64,000 nucleotides of DNA. Origin: Tubiluchus corallicola (lineage: Eukaryota; Animalia; Priapulida). The stretch is from contig JAQGDQ010000068.1 of NCBI GenBank assembly GCA_030141605.1, positions 186,001 to 250,000 of the forward strand, given 5' to 3'. Below, in pieces: positions 36,700 to 48,617 of this stretch. Positions within the stretch are counted from its first letter, which is position 1. The number at the start of each line of letters is the position of its first letter. The notes under the pieces are model-generated. The model searched no databases. It worked only from the letters and a program-made list of their open reading frames with translations, and was not told the origin of the DNA. The position numbers and the translations under genes were made by a program.

Positions 36700-37420
36700 G
36701 TAGATGAAAGCTGAATCAATAAAATTAGTATCAGATGCATAATTTGGAAGTTGAAACCTATTATATTGATATTCTTTTAATTTTTTTTTAAACTGGTGGA
36801 GAGAATATATTTATTTTATTTCACTGGGTAGTAAGTTCCTTAAATGTATGGTTTGTTTTCATAAAGAGTTGTTTTCAAATTTATTGTTTACTGTAATTTG
36901 CTTTAAATTGTGTGTTCTATTGTTTAAAGTGCTATCAGGAATGAATGATAAAGGATTGCTTATAAACGGAATGCTCAGTTTAATGACATATTTATAAAGA
37001 CATATCAGTGTTTTGTAATCTCGATAGGCTTCTATTATTGGTATTTTTGTGGAAATTCTTAGGTCTGCTGCAGAAGCAGCATGTTGTTTAGCAGTTTTGT
37101 GAGAGTACCGATGAATTATTCTAAGTGCGTAATTTTGCATTATATATTTAGTTTTATAAAGTTTTCATTTTTAACGTTTTGGAGTAAAGTGCACCCATAC
37201 AGATAATGTGGTAATATTAGACTTTTGCAGATGAGAATTTTATTTTCTTGGTTAAATGACCTCTGGCTTGTCGTAAGAATGCTGTGCTTAATGCCATCTT
37301 GTTATGTATTTTGTGAAACTGTTCATCCCAAGGGAGTTTATAATCGACAGTAATGCCTAAACATTTTACAGTTTTTGCTTGTTCTATGGAACAGTCACCT
37401 ACTTTTAGTGTTGCATTAGA
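36700..37420 (-). mobile_element. Decayed CR1/L2-group LINE fragment
   Basis: Minus strand LKVGDCSIEQAKTVKCLGITVDYKLPWDEQFHKIHNKMA and MQNYALRII, typical of the thumb/post-RT region. Confidence 0.75.
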
Positions 37421-37689
37421 GGGTGGTGACTGTTCCATAGAACAAGCAAAGACTATAAAATTTTTAGGCATTACTGTCGATAACTCCCTTGCGATGAACG
37501 GCGTAGTCAAATGCATAACAAGATGGCATTAAGCTTTACACAAACAAATAACCAGTTATATAGGCAGAGCCGACCCTACAGTACAAAAATTCACTAGCCA
37601 AACATGTGATGAAATAACATACCTGTAGAAAAGAAACAAAATAAAGTATATAGCTAGGTGCCTGTGAGCGAAGTTAAGGACACTGAACT

Positions 37690-38500
37690 GCTTTGCATAT
37701 TAAGATAAGATTTGTTAGGGTACATAGGTAAACTTTCTTTTATTAATAGGTCCCAGTTATTTGTGGCTTTGGTCACGATGCTGAAATCGTTAAAATCAGT
37801 TTTGTGGCCAGAGGCTCAGATGTAGCCATGAATGCCAGATTGAGGAAGAGTTATGACTTGTTAATTTCTTGCCGGTTCTAGACGAAATACTCAGATGTTC
37901 ACATATTGTTACTATAAACTCTCTGGACGTTTTGCCATGGTAGGCAGCATTGCAGCTGCCACACTGAAATCTATAAACAATACCAGACTTGTGGGTATTT
38001 TGTCTTTAAATGGAAAGAAAGAGCTAAAACTATTGCCAGATATTAAAACAACGCATAGCTGAATATGAGGGTAAAGTTGTTTAATCATAAGATTGATTTT
38101 GTTTTTAACTTTCAAAGACTGAGGACTAGTATTTTGGAAAGGGACTATTCAGTGATTTTTTGGAAAAGCCTTTTCCAAGACATTTTTAATGGTTAAGTCA
38201 ATTAACCACATTAGAAATCTATTAAAAATTAAAAAACTTTTTATAATAATAACTTCTTCATGAAATTTGTGATACGTTGATAAAAATTAATATAAAAATC
38301 TATGTGTGCTAAAGTTTGAATAAGCTTACAAGTGATCTGTTTGCAAGTGAAAGATTCAAAATCAGTATGCAGACCAAAAAATGTATTTTTTCCGAAAGCA
38401 GATGCAGAGACTCTGTCCTGATCATGATGATACAGTACGTCTAAAAACGTAATGAGTCGTTATTTTTAATATTGCAAGTAAATTTGATGCAATTGTGACA
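37690..38500 (-). mobile_element. Decayed Penelope-like retroelement (end of RT plus GIY-YIG endonuclease)
   Basis: Minus strand TFLDVL, FFPFKDKIP and SGIVYRFQCGSCNAAYHGKTSREF...CEHLSISSRTGK (GIY-YIG with CxxC); frameshifted. Confidence 0.8.
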
Positions 38501-39163
38501 CGAGTTTAACAATTTTTTCTTGAATGTAACCTGTGAGCAATAGTTATTGTAGCACACGTAACACTTACACATACATAACGTACTATTTATTTTGTTTGAT
38601 TATAAGCAGATACTGCACTAATTGTAAGTACCCAATTAGGGCAAAGCTGCTACGAAGGGCACCAGGGATGTTATGTCATTGCTTCAACTTAACACTAAAA
38701 ATCGTAATTTTTATTTACACACAGTGACAAAATAATACTGCAGGTGCGCGTATAGCAGCATAAATTCTCTTTTTATCCAAATTTCATCTTATGCTATGCT
38801 ACTCTTTTAAGTGCGTGTATAGTGTGTACTTAATTACTTGTGGTGATTGGATGTTTCTTTTTCAATGTTTTGAATGTGTCAGTTTAGTTCGCCAACACTG
38901 TTACCCGATGTGAAGTCCAGCAAATTGGCCAGCGATCGTTTAGCACTATACCAAGTAGACAGAGTCGTAAAAATAAAGTCTTATTTTTCCAACCTAATTG
39001 TCACAGTTGTTTTCTCGAATCAAATAGCAAATAAAGTGGTATCGAATTAAAATGTTTTTTCTGCCATCTGGCGAGCTGTCCACGCGGCCACCGTTGCACG
39101 TAAGTGAAAAATGTTGTCAAAATCATGAAACAAGTGAATTACGAACCAAAAACGTTTTTAACA

Positions 39164-42100
39164 ATGAGATACGGTAGCGGAGTTCCTTCTTTTTTCATTG
39201 TTGGTTTGTTTGTAGTGATTTGCGTGTTGTCTTATAACTATTGGACTCTGTCAACGTCGAACAAACGTTTAAAAAATGGTTTGCAAGAATCGCAAACGCA
39301 GTTCAGAGACTGCAACATGCAAAAAAGTGCTCAAGAGACATACAACGAAAACACTAGTAAAAAGCTGCAGGTCTGCACTACTGACTTAAATTCCTATAAA
39401 AACCAAATGGTAAAATCGAACCAAGATTTACAAAGCTTACGTATAAATTTGGGTGATGTTAAAGAAAGAGAAGACGATTGCAAGTCTTTGCGACAAGAAG
39501 AGCAAGATAAGCATGACAAAGAATTGGTAAGGCAATGGGAGTTTAAATAATTTTGGAGCTTTTAAATGCTAATGAGCAATTTAGGTAGTATGTTAGATGT
39601 ACATTTATTTATGTGGGTGTGGTAGATTAGATTATATTTAGTTTCTTTGTCTTATTTCATACACATGACATGCTGTAAAAATGGCACAAATGGAAAAGCA
39701 GCAAAGAATGGCACATATGTTATTTTGATACAATTGATTTCTATAATAAAACTAGAATCCACTCAGTAGGAAGTAAATCTCTGCCGAAGCCAAACAATCC
39801 TAAACTTATTCATCTGATTCTTTTAATTAAAAGAATTTAACACAAAGATAAACAAGCAAATGTGACAAAAATATACCTGTATTGGTATTATATAGAATAG
39901 CAAAAGACTTACAAAATATTTGTTATTTAGAGTGATTTATAATCAGTAATGCACAAATGTGCCACATAGTGTTTATTCACTTTTTAAAGTATTAATTTTT
40001 GCGATGGAAATAGACGACAAATATATACATATTTACATACCATGTCACCTTATATGGCTATACACATTAATAAGCAAAGGTTAAAGACAGCATTACACAG
40101 TTTTACAAGTGAGAATTTTTTGAAGTGAAACACGAACTAACTTGTAGTTGTTTGTGGAGATGTTCTTTTCTTTACTTGGTGTTCGGTCAAGTTTTCCAAA
40201 AAACAGACCGCGAAAAGATTTCCATTTTACACCTTATACCCACGTTTATTCACAAAGTTTCTTGGAAATCTGTTGGATAGTTTTTGAGTAACTGGTTTAC
40301 TGCCATAACAAACAAAAAACAAACAAACAAACCATGTTGAAGTACATCTAACTTCTTTACCAGAGGTAAAAATAACTAAAATAATTATCCTCCACTGTAA
40401 TGCTAACCTTAAACACATATTTTACTAAATGTGCCATTTTGCCATTTTTACCTATTTCATTTGTGCCATTTTTTTCTGTGCCATTTTACCTACATTCCAT
40501 ACACATACAGTGTTTACTCATACGCAATTCACCTATAATTGTATTGAGACAGGGTGGCGAAAGACCAAAATGGTCAGCCAGCAGTCACCCCTGTAATCCT
40601 GTTAGTGTGACCATAATGTCAATAAAGCTTTAATATTATCAGTTCAAGATAGAGAAAAATAGTAAATGACGTCTGTGGAAAAGATATGACAGTTTGTCAT
40701 GGAAGTGAAAACAAAAGGATAAATTAGCTACTTTTTTTTTAGAAAATTTGAGCTTTTTTAAATTTAAACTGTGTCTGAATCCCCAAATTTTGCATTTTTT
40801 ATTTAAAAATTACCGTATATACTCGCATATAAGCCGACCCCCTAAAACTGCTTTAAAATGGCCAGTTTTTGCAAAAACCCGTATATAAGCCGACCATCAA
40901 CTTGTCTCATCCATGTTGCCAATTCTGCAGAGAGGGAAGTCACCAGCCTTTCTTTGATCAATAACATACTTTTGAAAACCCAAAAGTTTATGTTCATATT
41001 GTGATGGCAATTTTTGTACAATTTTCGTTCTCTGTCTCAAACTTATAGAGTGTCTGTTCAGAAAACGTGTACACCAATATGTTCCTCTATAAGCCACGTG
41101 ACCCTCGTCTCCCCACGCGCTGCCTACCAATTGGCTGATGACGTCGGCTTCACCACTACCTGTAGCTTGGTTACGGCTCGCAACTGGTGACACATAGTGG
41201 TGTATTGCTAAATAAAAAGTAGGTGGACGGCTAGTCTCAAGACTTACCATTTTACATTCACAAATTTGAAAGAAATTGACATTATTTAAAACCGTTTTTT
41301 GAAAAAATGAAAACAAGTAGATTTAATATTAAACCCGTATACATTTTTAATATTTTTTATCTAATGAATATAAAAAGCAGACATTTATTGAAATGTGAAT
41401 TTTTTCTAAAAAAAAAGTGGGTGGACGGCGATCCCCCACGATCCCCCTCCAATACACCACTGGTGACACGCAACCAAATAAAGAGACAGATAGCGATGAA
41501 AATGTGTGGCTGGAAAATTGGCATTAGTGTCTGTCCTTGTGTTCATTTTGTTTCATGCGCATATAAGCCGACCCCCTGATTTCAGTATTGTATTTTATAG
41601 TTCTAAATTCGGCTTATATGCGAGTATATACGGTAGTATTATTTGTAATGCATGTGCATCTGTTTTCATCACAAATGTTTCATTCCAGTGCAAAGATGAA
41701 AAAACTTCACTGAATTTTTTAAGAGGGCTTACTTTTTGTGTCCACCTGCTACACATAGATAACTAATACAAAATACCTTATTTTACAGAGTGACTTAGCA
41801 GATACTATACATGAACAAGAAGAAAAGAACAGCTTATTACAAGATGAAAATTTGAAACAAAAAGGTGAAGCGAAATTATAAAATATTTTACTTTTAGAGT
41901 GTTTTTTATTGCAACATTTTCTCAGAGCTATCTAACCTGTAAGATATTGAAAAAACACACGCATGTGCACACACACACACACACATCACACGCACGCACG
42001 CACGCACGTGCACACATATTGTTTTTTTAAGAATGAATTATGTGAAAGAATTATTACTGCAAAATCCACAGAAGCATTCATGTGGCTAATTCTTCGTTGG

Positions 42101-45100
42101 TACATGCATTTCTCATTTGCTAGATAGATGGGCACTAGCATCTCGGAAACGCGTTGCTCAGAAAATAGGCACTGTACCTGTTCAGTTGTGATGTAGCGCA
42201 CACTTTCGAGAGCTCGTGTGTTGGCCATCGGTGAACTTAAAATTTAATTTTTAAGCTTCAAATTTGCCAAGTTTTGTGTGTGACAATGAATGCTGTACAT
42301 GTTTTCAAATGCAAAGATGTGCAACATGCTCATGGGATATTTGTGCTTTTAAAAATTATCTTCAGTTTTGATGTCATCGCTAACGAGGCTCACTGGATAA
42401 ATTTAATTATTTTTTAATTATCAAAACACTTTGGTGTTATAGGTGTTAAAATGTATGTGTACTTTTTACTGCACTTCAAAATGGGGTAGGATGTCTTGAA
42501 AATATCTTATTTTCCTTTAAACATTTTACATTATATTTTGGTATAACTGAACCGTTTACAATAAGCCATATTGTAAATGATAGTAGATCCAACTAAACTT
42601 TGAATGTGATATTGAAGAAAATGTTGAAATTTTTATTGAGTGCCTATCGAAGTTGACATTCTTTTGCCCATATCTCTGTTACTTAGGTGCTGTTAGTATA
42701 GAAATTTTTATTGAAAACCCAACTGAACCTTGATACCATCCATTTTCATTTTAAAAAGAATTTTAGCATTTGACTGTTGTTGTTGCACTGTAGCTAGATG
42801 ACTTTCAATCACCCATTGTCTTCCAGCTGGTTAGCAAATTTGTGAATTTCTAAACCGAACATTTAGCAGTTCTAGATCAGTGAACTGTTACCTGATTCAG
42901 CTAATTCCTCACATATAGCTTCAACAGATTTTACCTAGATAGGATTTCCTTAAATAGCTTATCAAGTGCAAGAACACGTATTTGTGATCAACGACCTGCT
43001 ACAAAGTATAACTGTTTGCTTGATCTTGCTGCTATTGATGAAAACATGCTGCTGATGCATGTCCTGACTCACTTTATCTGCAAATTATGGATATCCTTTT
43101 GCAGAAGTAATCTGGACAAGCCACATAGCTCATCACAACAACATTGATTAAATTATCTTTTCAGTTCCACTCCATTATATTTTAAAATTGTAAACAGATT
43201 TTGCAGATACTTTGCAGCACCCATTCTGTTTAACAAGTACTTACTTATGGCAATGGAACTACTTAAACAGTTAAAGGAAACATGTATTATTTTTGTTAGA
43301 ATTTTGAGTTGTACAGTGCGACTGTACTACTAGTTTACTAATAAGCTAGTAAACCAGCTTACTGTGACTGTACTACTAGTTAACTAATAAGCTAGTAAAC
43401 CAGCTTTCTTATTTATACAGAGAATTCATCTGCTCTTGATTTAACTTATCAATCTACACTTCACTGTTGAAAGCAGTTTTTTTATTTTAGACACAATTTT
43501 TGAACTGCAAACATCAGTTGATCAGATTAACAGCAAAATTAGCAGTCTTTCGTAAGTCACAATATTTATTATATATATTGGACTCAAATGCATTAATTTA
43601 TTGTCTAAAAATTAGATAATTGGCAAACTGCAAATTTACAATTTTTTATTTGATAAAACTTTCTAAAATATTTTTCCAGATTGTCCTATTAATATGTGCC
43701 AAATTTTCTGGTTTGTGTGAAGAGCAATAATATAAATGATCTGATTTTAGTTCTATTCCGTTTAGTGCATTAAAGTATTTTTCATTTAATACCTTACTTG
43801 ATTATCATCAAACTAGCAGTTAGTCGTTTTGATTGATTAGTAAATGATTGCTGTTGATTAGTAGATGATTGCTGTCTTGTTGCTATAACGACAGATTATG
43901 GTGGAGTAGCATATAATTAATTTTACACCTGTAATTTAACAGTTATTCAGAATTTAGCTGCTTTTGCGTTACATTTGGTTACATAATTTGTACCATTATG
44001 TTTGTTTTCAGTTTGCAGAAATGTTCTGCAAAATTATTTTGACAGGTGGTGCCATAGTAAATGCGCCTGAATGTGAATGTCTATTAATTTCCAGTAAAGA
44101 AAGGGTTAAATGATCTCGATGGTTTTAGTGTACACCTGTACTGAGTTAATATGATGTGATGATGATGCTTTGCACTTTAATTAGGAAAATGTATTAATGA
44201 TTTTTCTGTTTGTTGGTGATATAGGAATGAATTGGTGTATTACAAAAATTTGCTGAACCAGCGTGAGAAGTTAGCTGCTCAACAAAATAATTTTCCTCCA
44301 CATCAGTCACAGCAGCATCTATACCAACAAGGACAATACCAGCAACAGCAGCAGCAAGACAATATTGTTGAACAAAATCAGGGCTTACAGTATCAGAGAA
44401 GTGATCAATCAGAGCAGGTAGGTTTGTTTTAAGGAACATACTATGACTTTTGAAAAACATTAAAATATCATCTATAAAAGCACATTATCAAAATACAACC
44501 TTTATGGCATAAGTTCTGTAGCACTTTTTTTCTGGCGCACAATACGATCAATATGAACATTATAAGTATGATGATTTTTTAAACATATGTTTGCTGTAAT
44601 CACTAAGTATTGACACACATACACGCACGCACGTGCACTGTCACACACACGGGAAATGTCATCTAGAGAAAATTTAGTGCCTGTTGAAAATATCAATATT
44701 GTCTACAAAGCTCAGTAAGTATGGTTTCTATTTTAAACATCATCAATTGTAAACTTCTGAACAAACATGATTTTCTGAATAATTAAACCCGATTTGTGCA
44801 AGTTTGACTGAAAATTAGTAAAAGATGGTTTAAAAGTCGTAAAACATCTTTTGTCGTATAAATATATATACTTGTGCTATTTTCTTATGTGTTATACTAT
44901 ATTACCCTCAATAAAAGTATTTTTGAAGTTTTTGCTTTCTCGTAAACATTCTATGACAATGTAACAATGCTCACATATTGGGTAGTGGGCATCCAAAATA
45001 TGCACTGTGTTTCGCTTGGTTTTTTTGCACCAAGACACATCAACTCCATGACGGCTGAACATGCAGAAACAGTGGTCACCAAAAAATGGTCATAACGTCC

Positions 45101-48100
45101 AGTTATATCCTGCTTACATAGCAAACTCAGTATAGCAAAAGAGTAATATTTGCTGGCTGGTACATAGACCTCTGAAATGTGGGTAATTAACAAACCTAAC
45201 CTAAACAAAACTGCTAACCAAATCAGTATTGAGAATGTGCAACCTAATAAAAGAACTGATAAGATTGGTGCATGATCTTGTTAAATTTATGAACCAGATA
45301 AAATTGGTGCATGAACCAGAGTACTACGTTATTGTAAACAGATGACAGAAAAAGTAAATTTCTCAGGAAAAGTTTTTATCTTTTCCACAGTGCACTGAAA
45401 TTGTTGAACCTCTGAGATCTGGTAATCAGGAACACGTGTTTGACCATTCCATTTTGTGTTAGGCTTTTTATAACCTTCAGATGCACATTAATGCCAAGGT
45501 CATTCTGTGGTGAAAAAGTAAAACTGTCTAGCAGAAGTTAGTTCAAAATTTACAGGTGGCATTTTGCATTTAAGTAAGTCCGGTAGCACTACTCGGCATT
45601 TATTAAACTGCTAATAGGTTAAATATGGAAGGGGAACCATCTACAGTACAGTATAATTTTACTTATTGTGCAATATTTTTTAATACATTTTTAAATGAAT
45701 ATATGGATTAATACTGCCACTAAGAATTTACCTAGATCTGTTCAGTGAAATTATTACATGTATAAGTAGCTGAGGTTAGTCGGCACATGCTGAGAATTGC
45801 TCTTGCAATTAGTTAGTATATACCAACAGTTTATATATATATTCATACAAATCAGTCATTTTGTTATTTAATCATCTCACGATGTTCTCTATGCAATAAT
45901 ATGTCTCAACTCGTGCCCATATTCAGTGTTAATAGTATCACCAGGTAAGCATAAATGAAATGTATTTTATTGTTAACTGTGTTGCTTTTTGGTTGTTTCA
46001 GGATATCAATTCACCAGACGCTGCTGGTGAAAATCATCCGCAGTTTGGTGGACACATACAACCAGAGCAGCATCAGCTTGAATATCTGCAGCGAGTTGGT
46101 CGACTGAATCATCCTGCAGGCGTCTCTGAAAATCAAGGAGTAAAGTATATGCATAAGAATATTGGATCTGATGTGATGGAGGGTAGAGAAGAACTGGAAC
46201 ATAAGCAGCAACTTGAACAAGAACAGGCAGCTCAGATTCATCCAGTAAGTTACTGTTGCTGTGTTAATGTCACTTTTATAAAGCAACTGAACTTTGTAGT
46301 TTGCGTGTTAAGACTTGCAGATTTGTGGTTTTAGATGCTAACATGACAACAACTCTAGACAGTCATCTGTTTGCCACTGAGTGCCACAAAAAATGTTATG
46401 TATGGCATATCTAATGAAATTCACTCAACAGTCAGTCAACAGTAACTTGTGTTGACTGCTTGCTTAATTATGTAGAACACTTTAATTCACATAGTAGCTT
46501 CCTTCTACTAGAATTATATGCATGATATGTTATCAAGTAAATCGTGGACCAAAATTTAAATTTGCCAGAATTTCATGTTTGGGGTTTTATAATAAAAGGC
46601 AAAGCTTATTTAGATAGGTTTCTTAAAGAATTACTCTAATATGTCAATGTATCAAATAATTCACTGAAATTAATATTAATGCTAATTCAGGCAGATGATA
46701 ACATTGCTGGCGATGAAGATAACGAAGGTGACAATGGTAAGTCGACATTTCAACAATACAACAGTTTTCTGCAACGGATTTTGCTAACTTAAAATTGCAT
46801 TAACACCCTATATTTTTTGGATACTATTTGGTTAAATCTGAAGTTATTAGTTATATTAATTATTATAATGCTTCTAGAACGGACTTGTTGCTGTCTGGTA
46901 TTTTTGGTGTAAGAAGTAATTATTAGCTAGTAGCTTTGTGAAAGATGTAGAAGTGTTATGTTTGTGTTTTATATTGTAATGTAATCACTTTATTAAGCTT
47001 ATTTTTGTATTCTGCTGCAGAACTGAATCAAGATGAGGATCAGATTGATCAGGCACGTGTTCTTCATCCGCCAGTCAATTTGGCAGGTAGGTATCCGTTA
47101 GTACTATTTTGTATTTGCAGAATTTGACAAGTAAAGGAACGTGCTGTTTTCCCAGATGCCTGACAATACTCACTGAGTTGATTAACGTTAATTACTTTTA
47201 GACCCCATTTTAATTTTTCTCGGGTTGATTCACGCAAACTGCAGCAGTACATCACATGAACAGCAGCAGGAACATCTTATTTTGCATCAGTGTAAATTAA
47301 AAAAAACAGTTACTGCAATTTGTGTGCATTTTTATTGCAGGCTGAGGTGGTTTTTAATCCCCTCTGCGTTATGACTGATTTTTGTTGTGCGACTTTCCCT
47401 TAACATTTGCTAAGGCACAATACCATCTTTCTATGTGTAGTTCACTTTTTATTTTCTTTTACAAAATTTAATTTTTTTAGATTTTGTAATTTGATGTTCT
47501 AATTTAAACTATAGTGTTTAAATGTTCATGTGAAAGTGACAAGAATGTAGGTGTTTATTATTTGGTCATGCTTAGAATACATACTATATCCTGCACATGT
47601 TATACTATGTGCTATAATATGTATCATACACAATTATTTATAATCTTAATACCAAGATTGTCATTAATGATGGTACAAACCCACAGTTAATTAAATTGTG
47701 ATATCAAACTCGAAAGACAGGAAGTGCGAGAAGAAAAGAAGAAACATTGTAATGGCACTGATGTCTTAGCCACACTTGAAAGTGTTTACTTTCAGTCCCA
47801 GTGAGAAAAATAATTGGAGGTCTGTATAGCAGGTGAAATCGTCCAACTAACCGGGCTCCACTTTGCACACACTAGCACTGTTCATCTTTTCACAGACACT
47901 GATCACAGAGTATAGCCTACTTAGCTATAAGTTTTGCTTCCTTGTATTTTTTAGGTCATGATGAAGATGTACAAGAAGATGAAGAACAAGACGGTAAAGT
48001 ATATGCTATAATGAAGTTTTCCTATTTGATAGGGAATAACAGAAGAAAGTTAATTAATATTTTTTATTATCATTGTTAGTGTTCTTAACTAATTCGCAAT

Positions 48101-48617
48101 TCTCAGCACAGTTTTCTGGAAATGCCACTCAGTTTCAGTGGAAAATGACATGAAGCTTTTAAAGCGACTGTAAGCTGAAATATTTTGGGAATTGTATTCA
48201 CTGCTCTTTCGTCTTTGCATTGCATGCCATTTACAAAGACCATGTCTTATAGATTATGGTGAGTGGTTGTTCATCGAGTTGAGATAAGCAAGGTTCTATA
48301 TTGTCTGTAATGCATTATCCATTTTTTCCTTTCAAGGCGAAGACCAAAATGAAGACGAAGATGCCAATGATGATGTAGATGCAGATGACGATGTTGATGC
48401 TGATGCTGATTTTGATGGTAACGACGACGACAGTGATGTAGAGGCACCTCGTGATCACGTGGATCTGAGCCGCAGATTTCAACGCCAGCAGGCGCCTCCT
48501 CAGCAGATCATTGGACAACACCAAGACAGATTTGCCGCCCCTGATGAAGCTGATGACTTTGATGACAAGCCTGCCGGTGTTGATGATCGTTATCAGAATA
48601 TCAATAGAATAAAATAA
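39164..48617 (+). CDS. GOLM1/GOLM2 (CASC4)-like type II Golgi membrane coiled-coil protein, about 455 aa; exons 39164-39526, 41789-41864, 43491-43551, 44225-44417, 46002-46244, 46691-46736, 47021-47086, 47955-47993, 48337-48617 (alternative in-frame ATG at 39125)
   Basis: Short cytosolic N-terminus, signal-anchor PSFFIVGLFVVICVLSYNYW resembling the GOLM1/2 'VLxFNYW' motif, coiled coil, Q-rich linker and acidic tail. Nine GT-AG exons chain in phase to a TAA (1368 nt). Confidence 0.8.
39750..40369 (+). mobile_element. Helentron-like non-autonomous element (HINE type) in GOLM intron 1
   Basis: Starts AACTAGAATCCACTC...TCTCTGCCGAAG and ends ACAAACAAAC...TAACTTCTTTACCAGAGGTAA; imperfect subterminal inverted repeat plus a short (ACAA)n tract. 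Confidence 0.55.
40813..41633. mobile_element. Non-autonomous Tc2/pogo element (821 bp) with perfect 25-bp TIRs and TA TSD, carrying a POGK-like transposase remnant
   Basis: TA|CCGTATATACTCGCATATAAGCCGA ... TCGGCTTATATGCGAGTATATACGG|TA; internal ATATAAGCCGACC repeats; minus-strand WCTRFLNRHSISLRQRTKIVQKLP...RIGNMDET (about 41090-40900). Confidence 0.93.
43320..43406. repeat. Local tandem duplication of about 41 bp (GACTGTACTACTAGTTWACTAATAAGCTAGTAAACCAGCTT, two copies)
   Basis: Direct reading. Confidence 0.85.

Noticed and set aside
39061-39075. CTCF/YY1-like motif TGCCATCTGGCG upstream of GOLM
   Set aside because: A single short match; plausible but not supportable without chromatin data
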